Shown here: positions 53,414-64,000 of the stretch, one piece after another
Position numbering within the stretch: position 1 is the first letter of the stretch
Layout: every line of letters starts with the position of its first letter
Assembly: GCA_964016885.1 (NCBI GenBank)
Contig: OZ024758.1
Location: 9,920,001 to 9,984,000, forward strand
DNA length: 64,000 bases
From: Eledone cirrhosa
Taxonomy: Eukaryota
Direction: 5' to 3'
Translations under genes and position numbers: made by a program
Notes under the pieces: generated by a model
What the model saw: the letters and a program-made list of their open reading frames with translations, nothing else
What the model was told of the DNA's origin: nothing
Databases searched by the model: none

Positions 53414-55363
53414 AATATTTTTAAAAATGAGAATAAATATGTAAATGAAACATTACAAAAGTCGGTAAGTGCTGGGATAAAACAGCTCATAGAAATATCA
53501 GGGTGATTAAAATAGTTTTTAGAAGCTGGGTAGTATTTTACGGCTGGGCCCATGAGACGGCGCATTTGCATGAAAATCGAATTCACCCTTCTCCTTGAAC
53601 AACATTAGTAGCGTGGAATGGGGATACTTGCAGGCATAAGCGACTGCTGGTGTTCCATAAAAATCTTGGTTCGATCTGTATACTGGAGAGGATCTTTCTG
53701 TCCTCTGGAGACATATGTAAACCGTCCCGGTTATAGAACTATCAGGAACTAATAACATCATATTTCCTATATTTGTCCATTCTGTATATAATATATTTTT
53801 CTTAGATAAATCAAAATTCTAAGGACATCTTTAACCGACAGAACCAGTATATCAGCCAATTTTGTTTTAGTGTTTTTTTTTTCTTCTAGAAAGTGTAATA
53901 TTTTAAGTTATAACTAACTCCGATAATTACTCCATTTATGTTTTCTTTCCTAGAGAAATATGAAAAATGATAATTCTGTAAGCATCAACCAGGCTCTATA
54001 TGTATTATATTACTTATTTCTGTCTGTCCGTCTCTATCTATCTCTTTTTCTCACCCTCTCTCTCGTCCTTGTTTCTCTCACACTCTCTCTTTCACCCCCT
54101 CTCTCTCTCTCACCCTTCTCTCTCACACCCTATCTTTCTCACCCACCCCCTCTCTCTCTCTCCCCACTTCTCCGTTTCGATTTGCATAGTCTTTGCACTT
54201 CATCTCTCAAGGGTCGACTAAGTATGCATTAGACAACAATCGGCATAATGGATTATACACGTTCACTTTAATCATTGTGCTTTATAAGAAATCATTATTT
54301 CAAAGACATATATTATCTTACTCCACCTTTTCTATCTGTGAATCAATGAAGACAAATCAAGCGCTGTAAGCCAAGTTTCATATGACACTTCCTTTACTTC
54401 TGCAATCAATCATCTTCGTCGTTCAATAATGCAAAATGTGTATATAACATATTATGAGGAAATGAACGGGGTATAGTTTCTCAAAATATTAACTGCAGTT
54501 ATTGTAACATGGCTATGTTATTTTTAGTACACGTACCTAAAACCAGCCGCTGTTAAGAGAAAATTGGTTATTCTCTCGCCTCAATAAATCTTACTACCCG
54601 CAATTGAAAATGTTTGCTTAAAGAATTATATTACCTAAGTACAGCTTGCTATCGATAAATCAATGGTATGAGGGCTAGTTATCGGTAGGTCACTTCTCCA
54701 ATATCAGTATTTGATAAATAAATCCACCTGCTTAAATGCTGAAAGGATTTATATGTAGCATTTTCAATGATAAATCTGTTTTTAAACGACAAGAAATGCA
54801 ACCATATACGCATGTTGGGCAACTTCTGTTCCTTATTTTATTTTAGATTGCTCAGGTTACGACATCGGACTTCATGAGAAGTAGAAATGTTCTGGACAAT
54901 CTCTCACGGGAAGCAAGGAAATGATTGTTTTTTCTGGTAGTTTCTCTCTCTCTCTCTCTCTCTCGCAAAGGTACTCCATTATCAAACAGAGTAATAATTG
55001 AGTAATTGAGACATATGGTTATCGTTGCGCGTGGAAATACATACGAGCTTGCTAATATTGAGGGTCTTCTAATAACCCCCTTTATCGTTGCACATGGTAA
55101 ATATTTTAAGTATAGCTGCTGCAGCTATGTTTCTTAGTAAAATTAGTGCTATTGTCAACGAAATTCCTCTGTATTTCATTAGCTAAAAGTGGAGTAAGTT
55201 TGTCTTCTGTGCCACTCACTATTTCTTCTAGTATCCACTACCTTCACATGAGAAAATATTGCCACTAGGCTGCAGGGTGTGTATATGATTAGTTTTTTTT
55301 ATTTTCGTAAAATATATCTGGGGCAAATTAATTTATACATGATAATTCCTAGAATATAATATA

Positions 55364-55393
55364 CGAGGCTCGACTGAAAAGTTCATAGGCTGA
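55364..55393 (+). mobile_element. Isolated mariner-like TIR
   Basis: TA|CGAGGCTCGACTGAAAAGTTCATAGGCTGA. Confidence 0.55.
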
Positions 55394-55553
55394 TTGTCCC
55401 CATCGCTAAAAGCTGGATATTAATCTGTAGCAATAACTGCATGATAGATTTCGATGTCTCACAGACTACACGTGCTTATGCTATAGACATGGATTCAAAG
55501 GTCATTTACACTCAAGTTTGTGTATATGCGTCCATGTATAGTTGGTTGATGTA

Positions 55554-55664
<111 letters not shown>

Positions 55665-56517
55665 CGTGCGTGCTAAAATGACAAAGTGTGTATGTATAAT
55701 TCAGTTAAGGAAGAAGGGAGATGGTGGAACTAGGGTGGAGAAATAGCAGAACGAGAAGAACAGCAGATGACATGCAGTTTCGTATCTGATTATGTGTTTT
55801 ATTCAGTTATTGAGTTCAAATCCTGGTGATATCGATTTAATTGTAGCTATCCTACCTTCCCAGTCATTCTCACACGAAATTTTGGCCTCATACCGAAGTA
55901 AGAAGCAAATTAAAGAGAAGTATTAGACATAGCAATGTTTTTGACCGCGTTTCCAATTAGATTTAGAATTTTGTCGTTACTGACGATAAGCGAAGATAAA
56001 CTTATTCTTATCTAATTTCCCTCTTTCCATTTTTTTTTTTGCCACATTTCTCAATTTTTTGGCTCCTTTACCTATTTTTACCTGCCAATCGATATATTCA
56101 TTTCAGGTAATTTCGCTTGCAATCATATAATGTTCTCTTTATTTCGTTGTTTTTTTCTTTTTTGTTCAATTGATCATTTCGTGACATGAGAACGACGGTT
56201 ATCCTCAAGTGATCGATATTTCTATTTGTTTTTGTTGTTGTTATTTGATTTGTTTTGTCAGTATGAGATCGCTTCTTTGGCGAATTTCGAAACAAGGGAA
56301 TTCCAACTGTAAAAAGAATTCTAAAATAACAGAAAAGTAAAAGGAGAGAAAATAAGCTGAGTGAACAGAAATTCAGGGTAACTCTTCCTCACATTAATCA
56401 TATTATATAACTAAAGAACAATAATAAACTAATACCTTATATAGGCAACGAGTCTCTTTGCACACATGTGCACAATAATTCCTATCTACCTACAGAGACA
56501 CGCGCACACACACACAT

Positions 56518-56548
<31 letters not shown>

Positions 56549-58908
56549 AAGAGTATATAGAAGTCACAAAAGGAGAAGAAAGACCTTGATAGTGAGGCTT
56601 ATACTAAAAAGAAATAAAATAGAGGGATACTATAAAAAGTGTATTATAAATAATTATAAATACTAGCAGAAAAACCATTATTCGGGTGGTTTTCCGCCAC
56701 CATGTGTAGTGTGCATCTTTATATTATACGCAAATATATATGCATGTAGCTCTAGGCATTTCAATAAAACTATATATGTTATTAAACGAACATTTTTACA
56801 GATGATTTTAATTATATACTCTGCAAAGACACTAAGTATATGATTAATACATTTGTTTTTATCATTTCCATGTCGGTCTGTTTTAGTTAACAACAGAGAA
56901 ATAAAATTGGTTTTCCATTCTTTATCCCGATCCTATGGATAATTTACATTCATTTGTAAATATTTAATTACATATATTTTTCGATTTTCTCTATCCGTAT
57001 GCTTATTTTGTAAAATTTACAACATTTTATATTCATTTTGCAACCATATTTTAATTTATTTAGTCTGATTAACCAGGCTCGTAGCTTGTAGCTATATTTT
57101 GAAATAAAAACTAAACAAAATATATACAACGAAAGGAAAAGCTACAGAATATAAAGTGAGAAATACCGTTACGTGTGCATAGTTCTGACCAGCAGACAAT
57201 TGTCATAACGAAGATAGTATCAATTTTCTTTCAATATCGCCAGCGTTATCATTGAGGAAAAAACAGACTCGGCAGCCATTTTCAATAGCTAAAAATTCAA
57301 AATTCATATATGCGTAACGCAAAAGAATAATTGCGCAGAGGAATATTGTGAAACTGCCTTGGTAAAAAGCATCTAATTTATGATAATGCCAAAATCGAAA
57401 ATGTCTTTTTTTTTTACTGATTACTGTAATTTTATTTCACTTTAACAAATTAATAAATTCTATTGCGTGATAATTAAACTATAATAAAGGTTACACAGAA
57501 CGTTCTAAAATAACCTTAGCTGCAAGGCAACATTATTGATGCAAAATGGTCATTGCTACTGAAATTGGATATTTGTATTTATTTATTTGGATATTCATTT
57601 TTTTTAACATTCTAAAGTTCAGGATAGATGACGTGAAACGAGCGAGTCAATATGTTATCAGGCAACTCTTTGATGGTAAATAATTTCGTGTTCTGCCTCA
57701 AGCTTTCGTGAGGAAAAAAAACTCAGCAAGGAAACTCAATTATACTTAATTTAATTTTTTTAATTTTTAATTTGATTTTGCTTTCTTCATGGCTTAGTCT
57801 GGTAAGGAAGAGTGACAGCCATTATCCTACCAGGGTCTCCTAGACTTGTGAAAAGAAAATAGAGAGTTACTCTAAGGCTATTCGCCTGACTCGAATGCTT
57901 TGCTAAAGTCAGCCAAGAGCTAGATGTTTTGTTTTTACGGTCGAAAAACTGGACTTGCACGCTGTTTCCATCAACCAAATTTTATTCACAAGGCTTTGAT
58001 CCGAGGCTATGATAGAATGCCGCGCAATGTGATCGAATCCCAAACTTCACAGTTGTGAAGCTGAAATTTTACGCATACAATTTGCATGTTTCCAGTTGTT
58101 GTTGTTCTAAATCAGTCTTAATTGGGATATTTATTATCAAAGGCGTTTAAATCGTGATCATCTCGTCTTTTTGTCGATCTTAAAGGCTTTTTCATTGCTA
58201 TTTCCAACGACCACGTAGAAACACTCTCATTGGTTAATTTATTGTGCTGAAGAATAGCAGATGTAAATTCCCCAGGGGATGTAAATTCCCCTAGGATTTA
58301 GAAAAACACTCATTAACGTTACTGATAATTCTTGTAAATGGCAAGGATGACAGCTCAGAAATTCAAACTGATAAAAAATGGATTGGTGATATACGGGAGG
58401 GTGTCGGACAGCAACTTCGTGGCATAGAGTTAGATTTGCCTTTCTTTCTTACGGGGTGGATAAAATAAAGTGCCAGAAACGTCAATTTAATCTACTGGGG
58501 TAAAATAACAATAACAACAATAAGCTCTACTAAATTCTATCCAATCTCTCTTCCTTCTGTCATCAACAGTGTTCGAGAGAGCTCAGCCTTCCAATCTCTC
58601 TATTTACTTTCAAAAGATTAACTTCGCAGTCTTCAAAATCTATAAACATATTCCCTTCATTGGAATACATAACACAAAAGAATAATCTTTGGGAAAGTCA
58701 TAAAAATCAGATCATCACTTTTTCCATGTCTAACGGAATAAGGTTTTCTACTTTATCATCGATAAAAGTCTCATTACGACAGCATAAGCTTGTAGGTTAT
58801 TGTTTAACCCCATGTCAGTTTTACTTGAGTAGACCTATGATCAACAGTATTCCCGCTGTCACCACCTCGTCTTCTTTTTACATGTATAATGTATTATTTT
58901 AGACAGAA

Positions 58909-59100
58909 GGCGCATGGCTTATTATTCAGAGCGTTGGGCTTTCAATCAAGAGGTTATGAGTTCAATTTTATAACTGGGTGTGATGCATTGTATCCTTGAG
59001 CAAGACCCTTTATTTCACGTTGTTCCAGTTTACTCAGCTGTAGAAATATGTTGCGATGTCACTGGTGCCAAGTTGTATCAGCCATTGCTTTTTCCTTGAA
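58909..59100 (+). mobile_element. Diverged CORE-like SINE
   Basis: Homologous to 2058-2195. Confidence 0.7.
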
Positions 59101-59926
59101 CTACATCGGTGACCTGTTTATGCATGTGTGACGAGCTGCATATATTCAAGCCATTAGAAAAAGCAAAATGATTGCTTCAAATTCTAAATAGGGATGATTG
59201 AAGAAGAAAGGGAAGTTGAAAATCGGGAGAGATGGCTGTTTTTCTAGCATTTCCATCACCGTTTTGTCGGCAATTAAAGAGAGATAGAAATTCTGTTACG
59301 TATTTGTGGCACATATTTTAAATCAGTTTCTCAACCTCTATCTCTGGCAGTAGTGTAGTTTATATTTTGCCTTTGTATAAATAACATTACAAATGGCAAA
59401 GGAGTAAAGAAGGGCAGATCTGACTGTGTGAGAAAATAGAGGAAAGGGCTATAAAAGTCATGAATGAGAGGAAAAGGGGGCGGGGATAGGGATTCTAGGG
59501 CCAGAGAAGAAGAGGGGGGGAGGGTGATGGCCTAAGGTGCGGTGGTGTTGGGGCTGCGCCCAGCGGTCAATACTAAGAACATGGCCCGCGATACTCGCTG
59601 CAACAGCCGTTTCGTATTATCTAATTTTGTCGTTTTTAAAATATCAAATCTGGAATAACTCCTCTCCATAACCCCAAACATAACGTAATACTATTTATAT
59701 TGTTGTTTGTAGTTAGATTAATACCGAAATCTATTTTGAGTCGAACAGGCTTATGTAATATACAATGTTTTGAAGTTAAAATAAAACCAGTTTTAATACG
59801 CTTAGAATTCGATATCAACCGTATTTAGCGTTCGTTCTAAAACAATAAATACACTAGATTATTTATATATGTATGTATGTATGTATATAGACATACATAC
59901 ATACATACAGACATACATACAGACAT

Positions 59927-59965
<39 letters not shown>

Positions 59966-60010
59966 CATATATATATACATACACATACATATATATATAT
60001 ATATATTATA

Positions 60011-60087
<77 letters not shown>

Positions 60088-60491
60088 TATTGTTATTATC
60101 GCTTCGTTTGTTGTTCTCATTTTAGAGTTGCATGCCATTTAATCGTGATAAATAATTGTTTCTACGTTTTTTTTTTTCATTTTTTGTTGTTTTTTTTTGA
60201 TAAGTAATGAAAGTCTAAAGTCCTAGTAAAATAAAATACAACTTTATATTGAGAACTTAATTTTAGAGAGAAACCATAACAAATATTGTAAGCACATTAG
60301 CTATTTTTATGCAATTTATTTTTTCTTTAGAATATACGAATAACAAAGATTTTCAAAGAAGAAGTATTCTAATTAAGGAAATAACCAAATATTCTTTTTG
60401 CCGAAAACTATTTGGTAACTCATAAAAACTACAATAAATCCATATATTTACAAATTGACATGAAATGGTTGATACACATATATACGTATAA

Positions 60492-60611
<120 letters not shown>

Positions 60612-60721
60612 TATTAAAATAACAGATTAAAGTTTAAGCAAAGAATCGCTGCTTTCACCCTTAACTGGATCTTCTGAAACTAACAAAGTCAATCTGTAAA
60701 CGCAGAACTGGATATTTCAAA

Positions 60722-60825
<104 letters not shown>

Positions 60826-60862
60826 CATTAATAAATGGAAAATATCTTTACAAAACCATATT

Positions 60863-60923
60863 TATTTTATTATACGTATTTCAAGGGTACTAATATTTAA
60901 GTACGCTTTCGTCAGATAAAATA
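60863..60923 (-). ncRNA. Type I hammerhead motif (C-C family)
   Basis: TATTTTAT-CTGACGA-AAG-C-GTACT..AGTAC-C-CTT-GAAA-TACGTA-TA-ATAAAATA; perfect palindromic stem III. Confidence 0.8.
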
Positions 60924-61008
60924 TAATACTTGGTGTTAAGATAGTGACATATCTTCATGTGAACTTAATGGTATAAGCCCAATGAAGATATATTATATAC
61001 ACACACAT

Positions 61009-61039
<31 letters not shown>

Positions 61040-61082
61040 GTGTGTGTGTATATAATATATCTTCATTGAAGATATATTATAT

Positions 61083-61143
<61 letters not shown>

Positions 61144-61689
61144 TAGTTTTAGAATATAAACAGTACATTGACCCAATCCCTAAAATAAAAAATAAATGTT
61201 TGTTTTGGAATCTGTGCAGTTCAGTTTAGTTCGTGTTCTGAATAGATAGATTGATGGAAAGATCGATAGATATACCACATATACATACATACGTATGTGT
61301 ATGTGGAGAGAGCGAGAGGGGTGGGGGGCACAGAGACGGATAAACACACAGAGGGAGTTAGAGATGTACGATATTTTAAAGACGTGTGTTTTTATTAGAT
61401 GTCCACAGACTTAACTTCTCAGTGAAAAGTATATTATTACGTTGTTAAATTTATTTTATTCTTTCTGTTACCAGAAGAAACAAAAATCGATCTGACGAAT
61501 TTTATATTGAGATTCATTAGAAATTTTTATTAATCTTGTTTGTCATTGTAGGAATAGTAATTTATAGGTATTTATAGTATAGATAGGAATAGTAATTTAA
61601 AGGTATGTATAGTATAGTTAGGTATAGAAATATATAGGTATGTATAGTATAGATGGGAAGCAAATTGGCAGATTCATTATAATGTCCTC

Positions 61690-62187
61690 TAGAATGTTTT
61701 GGGCTATTCCCTAGGGCCCGCATTAGGTGAAAAACTGCGTTTTTTTTTCAGCTTTTTAGGGGTTTTTTTTTAGGCGTTACGTCAGACCGATTTCCTTGAA
61801 ATTGTAACTATGTATTAGTCAGTCTCTTCTTCATACCGTGAGCAAAGGAAATCCAACTTTTTTATATCCTAAGGTCCGCATTAGGTGAAAAACTTCATTT
61901 TTTCAGCTTTTTATGGCTTTTTTGAGGAGTTACGTCCAGCCGATTTTCCCGAAATTTCAAGGCATATTATGCACATAAATAAAATTCATTTTCTTGATCC
62001 CCTAGGACCCGCATTAGGTGAAAACCTGCATTTTTCCTGCTTCACCGAGGAAAATCTTAAAGATTATCCAGCCTTCAGAGTATTCGGTTTATTTTCTTTG
62101 CATATTGTCCAGGCATGCAGTTTTTCCACGATTAGGTCTGTTGGTGGCCCGCGTTCCAAAATATCTTATCCCGGGTACCACTGCTAG
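61690..62187 (+). mobile_element. Helitron-like 3' portion with internal repeats
   Basis: CCGCATTAGGTGAAAA occurs three times; ends CGGGTACCACTGCTAG|T. Confidence 0.5.
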
Positions 62188-62190
62188 TAT

Positions 62191-62261
<71 letters not shown>

Positions 62262-62407
62262 TACGTACATAATCTATGTCTGATTTTGTGTGTGTTCATG
62301 CGTAGGTTTGCGTATGAGTGTATATGAAAATGTAAGAGAGAGAGAGATAGAGAGAGAGAAAGAAAGAAAGAATGAATGAGACTTTGAGAAAGGAAAATAG
62401 GAAAGGA

Positions 62408-62480
<73 letters not shown>

Positions 62481-62782
62481 TTACTTTACCTCCTCATATG
62501 TACTTCTAAAAGCGCAATAAGACCGTGTTATTGGTTTCGATATGTTCGATTTGAATATACACAAGAAGATTTCTTTAATACGCACACAAAATGGATTGCT
62601 TTCCCCATCACCGTAAGATCACTTTATTACTGAATCAATCATTCGATCTCTACTTATCATAGTTCTGACCATATCACATTTCTGACGATTGATTGTGTAA
62701 TAAGAAGTGAATTATTTGTAGTACAAAGAAGTAATATGTTATAGTTCATTCAATTTGAGTTGTATTTCTTGTCACTCCACCC

Positions 62783-62858
62783 CTCTCTCTCTCTCTCTCT
62801 CGCTCTCGCTCTCTCTCTCTCGCTCTCTCTCTCTCTCGCTCTCCCTCTCTCTCTCTCG

Positions 62859-62889
<31 letters not shown>

Positions 62890-62893
62890 GCTC

Positions 62894-62946
<53 letters not shown>

Positions 62947-62951
62947 CTCGC

Positions 62952-63012
<61 letters not shown>
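62783..63012. repeat. (CT)n/CTCG microsatellite
   Basis: Direct inspection. Confidence 0.95.
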
Positions 63013-63014
<2 letters not shown>

Positions 63015-63202
63015 ATATATATATATATAGATATATAGATAGATAGATAGATAGATAGATAGAAGTATAAAGGATAATATGCTCAAGCGCATAGATGTTA
63101 TAGAATAGCTTATAAAATAGGGCGAAGACCCTTAAAAAACGGAAAAGGAAGTTGCCATTGGCCGCTATATACGTGTGTGTATACACACACACACTAACAC
63201 AG

Positions 63203-63277
<75 letters not shown>

Positions 63278-63278
63278 G

Positions 63279-63530
<252 letters not shown>

Positions 63531-63607
63531 ATGTATATATATATATGTGTGTGTATATATATATATATATATGTGTGTGTATATATATATATATATGTAT
63601 ATATATG

Positions 63608-63774
<167 letters not shown>

Positions 63775-63923
63775 TGCTCGGAAAGTCGATTTTTGCGAGC
63801 AATGAACCTTGACGTGGATTTAACCCCAAAAACTCTTTCCGAGCAATGTAAGGAACACGTATGTATGTATATATATATGTATATATATATGTATATATAT
63901 ACATACATACATACATACATACA

Positions 63924-63957
<34 letters not shown>

Positions 63958-64000
63958 CGGTTATGAAAATCGGCCGCCTACATATTCATGTGTTTGCGTG

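Noticed and set aside
59476-59555. G-quadruplex-capable G runs (also ~11100-11127)
   Set aside because: Common low-complexity motif with no promoter context

Overview
AT-rich eukaryotic genomic DNA, saturated with microsatellites and repeats. The SINE families and repeat landscape suggest a cephalopod (octopus-like) genome; this is an inference. No intact protein-coding gene can be supported: almost every ORF in the track is a translation of simple repeats, SINEs or decayed transposons. The window holds >20 copies or fragments of a tRNA-derived SINE, CORE-like SINEs, non-autonomous Helitrons, a piggyBac-type MITE, and remnants of Penelope-like (PLE), R4/Dong, L1/Tx1, RTE, pogo/Tigger and Tc1/mariner elements. 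It also has seven tandem arrays, several seeded from transposon pieces. The most notable signal is about 10 type I hammerhead-ribozyme motifs (CUGANGA...GAAA...NUH with closable stems) of several architectures. One family shows stem II covariation around a conserved C-C mismatch. Most lie near (TA)n tracts and some sit in fold-back palindromes, probably remnants of PLE terminal repeats. All pairings were derived by eye and many element boundaries are approximate.
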